DNA of 45,015 nucleotides from Gemmatimonadota bacterium (GTDB taxonomy: Bacteria; Gemmatimonadota; Gemmatimonadetes; Gemmatimonadales; GWC2-71-9): positions 1-45,015 of the forward strand of contig JBDHAB010000023.1 in NCBI GenBank assembly GCA_039588295.1, written 5' to 3'. The notes beneath the pieces were generated by a model, which searched no databases, was not told the origin of the DNA, and was given only the letters and a program-made list of their open reading frames with translations. This document shows positions 9,065-18,348 of this stretch, piece by piece. How positions within the stretch are numbered: position 1 is the stretch's first letter; every line of letters starts with the position of its first letter. The position numbers and the translations under genes are program-made.

Positions 9065-10699
9065 ATGGAACTGCACGGCAAGACGGTTCTGATATTGGGC
9101 GGGAGTGGACTGGTGGGTCGCGCCGTGGCGCGACGCCTGCTGGCCTTCCGCCCAAGGACGATCGTGCTTGTGGCGCTCTATGAGGACGAGGTGCAGGCCG
9201 GGGCCGAGTGGTTACAGCCGAACGTCGGCGATACTACGATTGAAGCGGAATGGGGGGATGTCTTCCTGCCGGCCGAAGTGGCGAAACTCACTCGAGGAGA
9301 GCTGCTCGAGGATCCGGCGCACCGGGACCTGGTGCTCGGTGACTTGCTCGGCGACCTCACCGAAGACGTACTCGAGCGGAGTTTCTTGTATCAACTGCTC
9401 CAACGATATCGCCCGCACGCCGTGGTGGATTGCATCAATACCGCTACGGCGTTCGCGTACCGGAATGTGTTTCATAGCGCCCGTGACCTCCTCGCCGTGG
9501 CGCGCGACGGCAAGGTGACCAGAGAGCAGGTGGAGGAGCACATCCTCTCGATTCCGATGCCACAGCTCATTCGCCACGTTCAGATCATGCTCGAAGGCCT
9601 ACGATCCGCCGGTGCCGAGGCGTTCGTCAAGATCGGTACGAGCGGGACCGGTGGCATGGGTCTCAACATCCCGTACACGCACTCGGAGGAGCGACCGTCG
9701 CGCACCCTGCTGGCGAAGTCCGGCGTCGCCGGGGCACACTCGCTGCTGCTCTTCCTCCTCGCGCGAACGCCCGGCGCTCCCGCGACAATTGAGATCAAAC
9801 CGACGACGGCAATTGCGTGGCGAGAAATTGCGCACGGCCCCATCCGTCAACGCGGGGTGCCGGTCCGGAAATTCGACTGTCCGAAACCACTCCGGCTGGA
9901 CGCGGCCTTGTCCGCCGACGCCGCAGGGTGGGTCGACTCCGGCGGGATGCTGGAATCCGTGTACGCCGATCTGGGTGAGAACGGTCAGTTCGCGCGTGAC
10001 GAGTTCGAGACGGTGACGGCACTCCGGCAAATGGAGTTCATCACACCGGAGGAGGTGGCTGGCTACGTCGTGTCCGAACTGCAGGGGCGTCCCACTGGCC
10101 GCGACGTCATCACGGCGCTCGACGCGGCGACGGCGGGACCCACCTATCAGGCCGGCATCCTTCGGGCGGCGGCGATCGAGAGACTTCGGGCACTCGAGGA
10201 ACGTCACGCGGTGCGCTCGATCGCCTTCGAGATGCTGGGACCGCCCAGACTGACCAAGCTGCTCTATGAGGCGTTTGTCCTGTCTCGGGTCCGCGACACG
10301 ATCGCTCAGCTTGGCGCGAGCGATCCGGACGGCCTTGCGGCCGATGCGACGGGTTTGATCGCTCGCGACGCGGAGCTTCGTTCCACGATCATCTCGGTGG
10401 GGCTCCCCATTCTTGTGTCGAATGAGGAAGTCTATCGCGGCGAACAGGTCATCATCCGGGCGGACGCTGGGAGGGTTGAACAGGCCGTGTCGCGTGGCTG
10501 GGTGGACCTGCGGCCGAAGAACATGGGTGTCTGGATAGCCCGTGCGCGACGCGCGGTCGACCAAGCGGCCACGCGCGAACGCCAGTCGAGCAGCGATACC
10601 GATTGGGGAGCTATGGAGCCCGAGGACGCCATCGCGCCGCCACGCTTCGCAACGTGGATCTTCCGGTATGAAGACGGCGGGGAGCGGATCAAGCGATGA
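9065..10699 (+). CDS. Uncharacterised NAD(P)-binding Rossmann / atypical SDR-like protein (544 aa)
   Basis: N-terminal VLILGGSGLVG (GxxGxxG), VVDCINTA, KIGTSGTGG; GGGGAG RBS. Confidence 0.75.
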   Translation: MELHGKTVLILGGSGLVGRAVARRLLAFRPRTIVLVALYEDEVQAGAEWLQPNVGDTTIEAEWGDVFLPAEVAKLTRGELLEDPAHRDLVLGDLLGDLTEDVLERSFLYQLLQRYRPHAVVDCINTATAFAYRNVFHSARDLLAVARDGKVTREQVEEHILSIPMPQLIRHVQIMLEGLRSAGAEAFVKIGTSGTGGMGLNIPYTHSEERPSRTLLAKSGVAGAHSLLLFLLARTPGAPATIEIKPTTAIAWREIAHGPIRQRGVPVRKFDCPKPLRLDAALSADAAGWVDSGGMLESVYADLGENGQFARDEFETVTALRQMEFITPEEVAGYVVSELQGRPTGRDVITALDAATAGPTYQAGILRAAAIERLRALEERHAVRSIAFEMLGPPRLTKLLYEAFVLSRVRDTIAQLGASDPDGLAADATGLIARDAELRSTIISVGLPILVSNEEVYRGEQVIIRADAGRVEQAVSRGWVDLRPKNMGVWIARARRAVDQAATRERQSSSDTDWGAMEPEDAIAPPRFATWIFRYEDGGERIKR

Positions 10700-10718
10700 G
10701 CCCAACGGGAGCGGATGA

Positions 10719-11693
10719 ATGACAACGCGCGCCTCACGTGCGGTGGACACGTCGACCAGCAACGCCATCGTCGAGGAAGTCGGCCGGCGTGTCGTGGGTC
10801 AGGAAGCGATGGTCGAGCGTCTGTTGGTTGGATTGCTCACTGGCGGGCACATTCTGCTGGAAGGTGTACCCGGTCTCGCGAAGACGCTCGCGGTGCGGAC
10901 GCTGGCGGAGGTCGTCCGGACGTCATTCCAGCGTATCCAGTTCACGCCAGACCTGTTGCCGGCTGACATCATCGGGACGATGGTGTTTGATCAGCGGACG
11001 GGCGAGTTCCACCCCAAGCGAGGACCGCTGTTCGCGAACATCATCCTGGCGGACGAGATCAATCGCGCGCCCGCGAAGGTCCAGGCCGCGCTGCTCGAGG
11101 CAATGCAGGAAAAGCAGGTGACGATCGGGAATGAGACGTACCGACTCGACGAACCCTTCCTGGTTCTTGCGACGCAAAATCCGATTGAGCAGGAAGGAAC
11201 ATACCCCCTTCCCGAAGCCCAGTTGGATCGCTTCATGCTCAAGGTGTTTGTCGACTATCCGTCCCGCGACGACGAGAAGGAAATCCTCTGGCGCATGGCC
11301 GGGGGCGAGGAGATTCCGGTGGCTCGGGTGGCGGAGCCGCAGGAGCTGCTGTCCATCCGGCGCTCCATTGCCGAGTTGTACATGGACCAGAAGATCGTGG
11401 ACTACATCGTTGATGTCGTCCGGACGACCCGCGAGCCGCAGGGCGCGGGGCTCCATGAAATCAGACCGCTGATTGCCTACGGGGCGAGTCCCCGCGCTTC
11501 GATCTATCTCGCGCAGGCGGCCAGGGCCCACGCCTACCTCCGTGGCCGCGCCTACGTCGTACCGGAGGATGTGAAGGCAATGGCGCCCGATGTGCTTCGC
11601 CACCGCGTCCTGCTGACATTCGAGGCCGAAGCGGAAGACGTGACTTCCGACGGAGTCATCCAGCGGGTGTTGGAGGCGGTGGACGTACCGTGA
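10719..11693 (+). CDS. moxR: MoxR-family AAA+ ATPase
   Basis: Walker A GVPGLAKT, RIQFTPDLLPADI, Walker B ILADEINRA, ATQNPIEQEGTYPLPEAQLDRF, GASPRA. Confidence 0.96.
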   Translation: MTTRASRAVDTSTSNAIVEEVGRRVVGQEAMVERLLVGLLTGGHILLEGVPGLAKTLAVRTLAEVVRTSFQRIQFTPDLLPADIIGTMVFDQRTGEFHPKRGPLFANIILADEINRAPAKVQAALLEAMQEKQVTIGNETYRLDEPFLVLATQNPIEQEGTYPLPEAQLDRFMLKVFVDYPSRDDEKEILWRMAGGEEIPVARVAEPQELLSIRRSIAELYMDQKIVDYIVDVVRTTREPQGAGLHEIRPLIAYGASPRASIYLAQAARAHAYLRGRAYVVPEDVKAMAPDVLRHRVLLTFEAEAEDVTSDGVIQRVLEAVDVP

Positions 11694-12586
11694 GCACCAG
11701 GTCCCCCCTCGTCGGGGCGGACGTGCTGCGCCAGGTCAAGAGGATTGAGCTCCGCACGCGTCGCCTCGTCAACACGCTGTTCTCGGGAGAGTACCGCTCG
11801 GTGTTCCGCGGCCATGGCATGGAGTTCGCCGAGGTGCGGGCCTACGAGCACGGGGACGACTACCGCGCCATCGATTGGAATGTCTCGGCCCGCATGGGCT
11901 CCCCGTTTGTCAAGACGTTTGTTGAGGAGCGTGAGCTCACCGTCCTACTCGTGGTGGACCGATCGGGATCGGAAGAGTTCGGGGACCCGATGACGAAGGC
12001 GGAACGGGGAGCGGAGGTCGCGGCGGTGCTTGCGCTCGCGGCGGCGCGGCAGAATGATCGGGTGGGCGCATTGATCTTCTCTGATGGGGTCGATCACGTC
12101 GTTCCGCCCCGCAAAGGCCGGCCGCACGCCCTCCGGATCATTCGGGACCTCCTGGCGTTTCAGAAGGCCGATCGCGGCACCAATATCGCGGGCGCCCTGG
12201 CGTACGCCACGCGGCTGCTGCGGCATCGGTCGATTGTCGTCATTCTGTCCGACTTCCGGGCGTCCCAGTGGGAAGAGACGCTCGCAAGACTCGCTCGACG
12301 ACACGAGGTCGTCGCCATCACCGTTGATGATCCGCGCGAGAGCGAACTTCCGTTGGCGGGATGGATCGAACTCGCCGATGCTGAGTCAGGGGAGCGAACA
12401 CTGGTCGACAGTTCGCACGGCGCCACTCGCCTTGCGCTCGCGATGGCCGCGGAGGAGGTGCGACTTCAACGGGCGCGCGCACTCAAGCAGGCCCGAGTCG
12501 ACCACATTGCGCTGCGCACCGACCGCCCGTACGCGGAAGCCCTGCATAGCGCGTTCGCGGAACGAGCACGGCGTCTCCGGCGGTGA
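11690..12586 (+). CDS. DUF58 domain (VWA-like) protein
   Basis: GEYRSVFRGHGMEFAEVRAYEHGDDYRAIDWNVSAR, VVDRSGS, LSDF. Confidence 0.93.
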   Translation: MSTRSPLVGADVLRQVKRIELRTRRLVNTLFSGEYRSVFRGHGMEFAEVRAYEHGDDYRAIDWNVSARMGSPFVKTFVEERELTVLLVVDRSGSEEFGDPMTKAERGAEVAAVLALAAARQNDRVGALIFSDGVDHVVPPRKGRPHALRIIRDLLAFQKADRGTNIAGALAYATRLLRHRSIVVILSDFRASQWEETLARLARRHEVVAITVDDPRESELPLAGWIELADAESGERTLVDSSHGATRLALAMAAEEVRLQRARALKQARVDHIALRTDRPYAEALHSAFAERARRLRR

Positions 12587-13413
12587 GCACGTCTTTCCTG
12601 CTGCTGTTTCAGGTCTCGACCTGGGCGGTAGCACCCACCGGTGCCACCGTCGGTGACACCGTCTTCCTCACGCGGGAGATCACGGCGACACCCGATGTTC
12701 GCGCCCGTCTCCAGCCGCTTGAGCGTTCCGCAGTACTGGAGCCTCTGGCGTCGCCACGATGGAGCTTCACCGAAGGATCCCTCACCGTGGTCTACGCCGT
12801 TGCGCTGTTCGAACCGGGGCGTCAGGTGATCGCTCTTCCAGCCATCGAGCTCATCTACGCCGATGGCAGAGCCGTGACGGTGACTGGCGATTCGGCATGG
12901 GTGGATATCGTCTCGGTGCTGCCCGCAGCTGATACCACCTTGCAGCCGAAGCCCTCCCAAGGACCGATAGGACGGGCGCGGCGAGACCCGCTTCCCGCGA
13001 TGCTGCTGGTGCTTGGGGCGTTGAGTGTGCTCGCCGCGTGGGGGATGCTGCGACGTCGCCGTCGCGGACCTCGCCCGACCATCGAAAGCGACATCGTCGT
13101 GGCGAGTCCGCCCCTCGACCTGTGGGTTGCTGCCGGCGAGTCGCGTGCCGTCGCCACGGCGACGGCCGACCGTCTGCGTGAGCAGTTGGCGTTGCGGATT
13201 CCGCACGCTGAGCGATACCTCCACACCGAAGAGTGCATTGCGGTCCTCCTGCAAGGTGACCTCGGTACGACCGGCACTCAGCTCGCCACCGTGCTCCGGG
13301 CGCTCGAACGCGCGCGGTTCTCACCGGCAGCGCCGGGAGACGTATTGGAGGTTGTCGATGAGGCTGAACGACTGATTACCGTGCTCAGAACCGGTGAGTT
13401 GGCTGAGGCGTGA
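12583..13413 (+). CDS. Hypothetical single-TM protein of the Bat/MoxR cluster
   Basis: GTGA overlaps at both ends. N-terminal hydrophobic segment, beta-rich domain, TM helix followed by RRRRR; occupies the usual slot between DUF58 and BatA. Confidence 0.75.
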   Translation: MSTSFLLLFQVSTWAVAPTGATVGDTVFLTREITATPDVRARLQPLERSAVLEPLASPRWSFTEGSLTVVYAVALFEPGRQVIALPAIELIYADGRAVTVTGDSAWVDIVSVLPAADTTLQPKPSQGPIGRARRDPLPAMLLVLGALSVLAAWGMLRRRRRGPRPTIESDIVVASPPLDLWVAAGESRAVATATADRLREQLALRIPHAERYLHTEECIAVLLQGDLGTTGTQLATVLRALERARFSPAAPGDVLEVVDEAERLITVLRTGELAEA

Positions 13414-14390
13414 TGTTCGCGCGGCCGGTTCTCCTGGTGCTCCTGCTCGCAATCCCGCTGTGGTGGTGGTATCGTCGGCGTCGCGCCAGCCCGGGTGCGG
13501 CGTATAGCGACGCCGGTCAGTTTCGGAAGGCTGCCTCGAGGCGGCGCTGGCTCGCGGAGCTTCCGGTCGGCCTTCGTTCGCTGGCGCTCGGAGCATGGAT
13601 CGTGGCGGCGGCGGGACCGCGGTCCGATGCGTCCTCCAGCGAGACAACCAGCGAAGGCATCGCGATTGCGCTTGCCGTAGACGTGTCGAGCAGCATGCTG
13701 GCTGAAGATTTCGTGCCGTCCAACCGATTGGATGTGGCGAAAGAGCAGTCGATCGCGTTCGTCGAAGGCCGCGAGTTCGATCGGATCGGACTCGTGGCCT
13801 TCGCTGGTGAGGCACTGACACGAGTTCCCATTACCGTGGACTACGACGTCCTTCGGGAGGCGGTCCGAAGCCTGCGGGTCGGTGAGTTGGAAGACGGGAC
13901 GGCGATCGGGACGGCGATCGCGACCGCCGCGAATCGGCTGCGACGCGCGCCAGGCGCCAGCAAGGTGATGGTGCTGCTGACCGATGGTGAGAACACGCGA
14001 GGCGTGCTGGATCCCCGTACGGCGGCAGACGCCGCGGCAGCGTTTCGGGTTCGCATCTACACCGTCGGTGTCGGGACCGAGGGTGAGGCCCGAATGCCGA
14101 TCGGACGCGGCGCACAGGGGAGAATGCACTACCAGACACTCCCGGTCCGGTTGGATGAGCCGCTGCTCAGGGATATCGCGGCGGCGACGGGTGGACGCTA
14201 CTTCCGAGCCACTGACCCCGAAGCATTGAGCCGGATCTTCCGTCAGATCGACCAACTCGAGAAGACGCCGGTTGTCGTCACGCGATACACACAGTACGAC
14301 GAAGCGTTTCGGGTACCGCTGCTCATCGGTATCGCAGCGCTGTTGCTCGAGCTGATCGTGGCCGCTACAGTCGTGGTGAGGGTTCCGTGA
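13410..14390 (+). CDS. batA: BatA-like VWA domain membrane protein
   Basis: N-terminal FARPVLLVLL TM, MIDAS DVSSSM, DRIGLVAFAG, GTAIGTAI, LLTDGEN, ATGGRYFRA, C-terminal TM. Confidence 0.88.
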   Translation: MMFARPVLLVLLLAIPLWWWYRRRRASPGAAYSDAGQFRKAASRRRWLAELPVGLRSLALGAWIVAAAGPRSDASSSETTSEGIAIALAVDVSSSMLAEDFVPSNRLDVAKEQSIAFVEGREFDRIGLVAFAGEALTRVPITVDYDVLREAVRSLRVGELEDGTAIGTAIATAANRLRRAPGASKVMVLLTDGENTRGVLDPRTAADAAAAFRVRIYTVGVGTEGEARMPIGRGAQGRMHYQTLPVRLDEPLLRDIAAATGGRYFRATDPEALSRIFRQIDQLEKTPVVVTRYTQYDEAFRVPLLIGIAALLLELIVAATVVVRVP

Positions 14391-16009
14391 TGACGTTCGA
14401 CACGCCGACCCTCGCCTGGCTGGCACCGCTGTTCGGCCTCGTCGTCGCAGCGCTTGCGCTCTGGGCGCGGGCTGCTCGGGTTTCTCACGCACGTCGGTGG
14501 TCGCCGACCCTCGGCCGGCGGGCAGCCCGTCTCGGTCGGCTGGGCCCGATCGGACTCGCCCTCGCCGCCGCCGCGGCTGGAGTGGCGCTCGCGGGTCCGC
14601 GGTGGGGTAGTCGGGTTGTGACGACGGAGACCAAGGGACTCAACGTCGTCATCGCGGTCGACATCTCGCGTTCCATGCTCGCAGAAGATGCCGCGCCGTC
14701 GAGACTGGAACGAGCCAAGAACCAGGCGCGACGAATCGTGCAAGACTTCAGTGGCGATCGCATCGGCCTCATCGCGTTCGCGGGGCAGAGCTTCATCCTC
14801 TCCCCTCTCACGGTCGACGGCGGCGCGCTCAACCTGCTGATTGACGCGCTCGATCCGGATCTGACGAGCGCGGGAGGAACCGAGATCGCGAGAGCGCTGC
14901 GGCAGGCGCGCGACCTGCTGTTTGCGGGCGATCCGATAGCCGATCGGGTCCTCGTGATGTTCACGGACGGTGAAGCACACGACACGCTGCAATCGATCCA
15001 GTCCGCCGCGGAGAATCTGCGCCGCGACGGAGTACGCCTCATCCTGGTTGCGGAAGGAGGCGTCGAGCCCGAGACGATTCCCGTCCGGGACGCCGACGGC
15101 CGGCTCATCGGCCAGCAACGCGACCCGTCCGGGGAGACGGTGCAGACGACGAGGCGCGATGATGTGCTCACGGCGATCGCGGACGAGGCACACGGCGTCG
15201 TCGTTCCAGCCGAGCATGGCGACCAGGCGGGCGCCGTACAAGATCTCGTGTCGGGGTACAAGCGTTCGCCACAGGCGACGTCCACGGCAGCACAGGATAT
15301 CTCACGCGCCTGGCTACTCGCGCTCGTGGCCGTTGCGGCGCTCCTGGCGCACGCCATGACGCGGCGCTCGATGGCGTTGGCTTCGTTGCTGTTGCTGTTG
15401 GGGGCTGGTGAGGTGTTGGCGCAGGGACGCCGGAACGCCGCCGATGATGCGTGGGTGCGTGGCGACTTTCGAGCCGCGGCAGAGCAGTACCTGAAACAGG
15501 TGCGTGCCGGCGAAGGCGGGGACACGAGCTGGTACAATCTCGGCACGGCGGCTCTTGCGCTCCTGGATAGCGGCGTCGCCCTGCGAGGACTCGAACGGGC
15601 GACACGGTCACTCGATCCGGACCTACGCTTCCGAGCGCTATACAACCGCGGGTTGCTCGCACTGCAGCTTGCTCGACTAGACAGTGCCAACGCCTCGCAG
15701 CATCTGGAGACCGCGCGGCAGCAGTATCAGGAGGCGCTGTTGTTGCGACCAGGCGACCGCGAAGCGAAGTGGAATCTGGAATTGACGATCCGCCAGCAGT
15801 CTGAATCAGGCGGTGGTGGTGGGGGTGGTGGAGGGCAGGGATCCGGTGGATCGGGCGGGCAGCCGCGAGAGGAACTTGCGTCCGGACTGACGCCGAACCA
15901 GGCGGCCCAGATTCTCAACTCGATGGCTGAGGAGGAACGCCGAACGTTGCTGGACCGCAATAAGCGCAGCCGGCAGGCGCGCGAGTCGCGCGGGAGGAAG
16001 GATTGGTAG
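14387..16009 (+). CDS. BatB-like VWA domain fused to BatC-like TPR domain
   Basis: MIDAS DISRSM, PSRLERAK, FTDGE; then TPR motifs (WYNLGTA, ALYNRG, YQEALLLRPGDREAKWNLEL), a Gly linker and a C-terminal KDW as in BatC. Confidence 0.85.
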   Translation: MMTFDTPTLAWLAPLFGLVVAALALWARAARVSHARRWSPTLGRRAARLGRLGPIGLALAAAAAGVALAGPRWGSRVVTTETKGLNVVIAVDISRSMLAEDAAPSRLERAKNQARRIVQDFSGDRIGLIAFAGQSFILSPLTVDGGALNLLIDALDPDLTSAGGTEIARALRQARDLLFAGDPIADRVLVMFTDGEAHDTLQSIQSAAENLRRDGVRLILVAEGGVEPETIPVRDADGRLIGQQRDPSGETVQTTRRDDVLTAIADEAHGVVVPAEHGDQAGAVQDLVSGYKRSPQATSTAAQDISRAWLLALVAVAALLAHAMTRRSMALASLLLLLGAGEVLAQGRRNAADDAWVRGDFRAAAEQYLKQVRAGEGGDTSWYNLGTAALALLDSGVALRGLERATRSLDPDLRFRALYNRGLLALQLARLDSANASQHLETARQQYQEALLLRPGDREAKWNLELTIRQQSESGGGGGGGGGQGSGGSGGQPREELASGLTPNQAAQILNSMAEEERRTLLDRNKRSRQARESRGRKDW

Positions 16010-18348
16010 TCGTTGCGCTGGCGCTGGCGGTCGGGATGCAGCAGCCCCAAGTGACCGTTGACCTCGACCGGACCGAAGTCGTCGTCGGTGAAGAGATGGT
16101 CTTCACCATTACCGTGACCTCGCCGGGATCTCTTCCTGTAACGATCACGGACCCGCCGCTCGACGGCCTGTCTCTCGTCGCGCCGCGTGAGCGCAGCCGT
16201 GTGAGCTTCGTCGATGGCGCCGCCATTCGAGTAAGCACGCGCGAGCTCACCTTACGCGCGACGCGGCCCGGAACAGCGACGATTGGCCCGGTGCGTGTCG
16301 GGCAGGGTGAGTTTGTTGTGGCGACCGAGCCCAGCACGGTTCGCGTGCAGGAGGAGGATCCCGCGAGCCTCAACGCGCTCAGCCCACGCGCCCGTGCGAT
16401 GCTCGGACGCGCGCCACCGCGACCGAGAACCGACGATGAGGTCCAACTCTCCGTCGTCGCGTCCGCCACGGCTGCGAGGGTCGGCGAGCAGGTCGACGTC
16501 ATTGTCGTTGCGTGGTTCCCTCGTCAGGTACGTTCACGACTTCGCAACCCGCCGACGCTGGCTGCCCCGGAGGTGCGTGGCGGATGGGCCGATCCCAGGC
16601 CGACGCCGATTGGCACGGTGATGAGCCGCGAAATTGGCGGGAGGTGGTACGACGCGTTCGTTCTTCATGAAGTGGTCTTTCCGCTCAAGGCCGGCGATCT
16701 GGAGGTCGGACCGGCAAAGGTTTCGTACAGCGTTCCGCTATCGGGCTCGTTCCTGAGCCGCGAATTGCGCCGCGAAGCACTGAGCGAACCATTCACCATC
16801 GCCGTTCGTGGGCTGCCGCCGCCGGATCGAGCTGGGGACTTCACGGGTGCGACCGGGCAGGCGCTGAATCTGCGCGTCGACGTCTCGACCCGAGAACTCC
16901 GAGTCGGAGATGCCGCTCGGGTTTTGTCCGTGCTCAGCGGAGTGGGAAATGTGGCACTATGGCCCGAGCCCACGATTGCGTGGCCACCGGGTATCCGCGC
17001 GTACCGACAAGACGTCGAAATCGATCTCGTGGTTGAGAATGGAGTGGTAGGAGGTTCCAAAGCGTACGAGTACTTGGTCGTCGCTGATTCGGCGGGAACC
17101 CACCGGGTTCCCCCGCTGCGCTACGTGTACTTCGACACTCGGGCATCACGATACGAGACCGCGCAAGGTGACGAGATGGTATTCGTAACTCCGGAGGACG
17201 CGGTGAGCGTGGCTCCATTGCGCACCGTGCAGCCGCTGCTCACGAGCACCGGCGTCTCCCTCGGCGAAGCCCTGGTGGCCCGTGTCCCGTTTTGGACCTG
17301 GCTCATCCTGTTTGCGGTACCGCCACTGCTGGCCGCGTACACCCTTGGCGTGCCAGGACAGCTTCGCGCCCGCGCAGCCCGACCAGCGGTTCGCGTCCCA
17401 GCCATGAGCGAGCTTGACCGCCTGGAGGCTGAGTTCATCGAGGTGCTGGAACGACTGCTTCCCTCGGATGTCATTCCGGTCGGCGGCGGTCTGGCAGACA
17501 GCCTGCGCGCGGCTGGTGTCGACCCCTCGTTGGCCGCGCATGCCGCACGCGTACGGGATCGCCTGCGTCAGGCGCGCTATGGACCGGACGGATCGGGCGA
17601 CCCGGAGGAGTTGGGAGCCGAAGTTCAGGAGGTGCGGCGGGCACTGGGAGGGACCGTGCTTCCCGCGTCCCGTGCCAAGCTGATGACGGCGGTGCTTGCC
17701 GTGCTCCTCGTGATCGGAGGTGCCATCCCGTTGAGTGGGCAGGCACCGGAACAACTGTACGAAGCAGGCGCCGTGCGCCTCGCGGCCGATAGCTTCGCGG
17801 CGCGGACCCGAAGTGCCCCCTTGGTGGCGGCACATTGGTACAACCTCGGCAACGCATGGCAGCGACTTGGGGAGGAAGCGAGGGCGCGGGCCGCGTGGTT
17901 GCGAGCGGCCCGGCTCGCACCGCGTCGTGACGTGGTACGCCGGGCGTTGGAGGCGACGCCTGCACCTGGGCCGTCGTCCGGCAACTTGACGTGGGTCTCC
18001 CCGGTCACACCCGGCGAGGCGATCGTGGGCGGCCTTACCCTCTGGATTGTGGCTTGGGTGGCGATTGCCCGTCGTTGGAGGAGGCGCACGGCGCTTGCCG
18101 TTGCGTTAGTGGCAGTACTGCTCAGCGGATACGGCGGGTACGTGCGCGGCCACTACTCCCGTCCGATCGCCGTGGTGCTGCAGCGTGAGACACCGTTGCG
18201 GTCGGCGCCGTACGGCAGGGCCTCGGCCGCAACCGTCTTGGACCAAGGGGCAGCCGTCCGCTTGGAACGGGCGTGGGGTCGGTGGCTGTTGGTGCGCAGC
18301 GGCCGCGAGCAGGGGTGGCTCCTGAACGCCGAGGTGGTGAAGCTGTAA
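16003..18348 (+). CDS. BatD-like protein fused to BatE-like TPR + SH3-like region
   Basis: Signal-like N-terminus, VDLDRTEVVVGE and FTGATG BatD-type repeats, TM, TPR (HWYNLGNAW), two TMs, SH3b-like C-terminus (GRWLLVRSGREQGWL). Confidence 0.8.
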   Translation: MVVVALALAVGMQQPQVTVDLDRTEVVVGEEMVFTITVTSPGSLPVTITDPPLDGLSLVAPRERSRVSFVDGAAIRVSTRELTLRATRPGTATIGPVRVGQGEFVVATEPSTVRVQEEDPASLNALSPRARAMLGRAPPRPRTDDEVQLSVVASATAARVGEQVDVIVVAWFPRQVRSRLRNPPTLAAPEVRGGWADPRPTPIGTVMSREIGGRWYDAFVLHEVVFPLKAGDLEVGPAKVSYSVPLSGSFLSRELRREALSEPFTIAVRGLPPPDRAGDFTGATGQALNLRVDVSTRELRVGDAARVLSVLSGVGNVALWPEPTIAWPPGIRAYRQDVEIDLVVENGVVGGSKAYEYLVVADSAGTHRVPPLRYVYFDTRASRYETAQGDEMVFVTPEDAVSVAPLRTVQPLLTSTGVSLGEALVARVPFWTWLILFAVPPLLAAYTLGVPGQLRARAARPAVRVPAMSELDRLEAEFIEVLERLLPSDVIPVGGGLADSLRAAGVDPSLAAHAARVRDRLRQARYGPDGSGDPEELGAEVQEVRRALGGTVLPASRAKLMTAVLAVLLVIGGAIPLSGQAPEQLYEAGAVRLAADSFAARTRSAPLVAAHWYNLGNAWQRLGEEARARAAWLRAARLAPRRDVVRRALEATPAPGPSSGNLTWVSPVTPGEAIVGGLTLWIVAWVAIARRWRRRTALAVALVAVLLSGYGGYVRGHYSRPIAVVLQRETPLRSAPYGRASAATVLDQGAAVRLERAWGRWLLVRSGREQGWLLNAEVVKL

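Noticed and set aside
10719..11693. MoxR as a RavA-like assembly factor for the nearby Nuo complex
   Set aside because: It is a short MoxR-proper/Bat-type ATPase without RavA's extra domains, and nuo lies over 15 kb from the end of the cluster in a separate operon. Proximity alone is not evidence.
15809..15860. GGT/GGC-rich low-complexity tract
   Set aside because: It encodes the Gly-rich linker of the BatC-like region; it is not a DNA repeat element or CRISPR.
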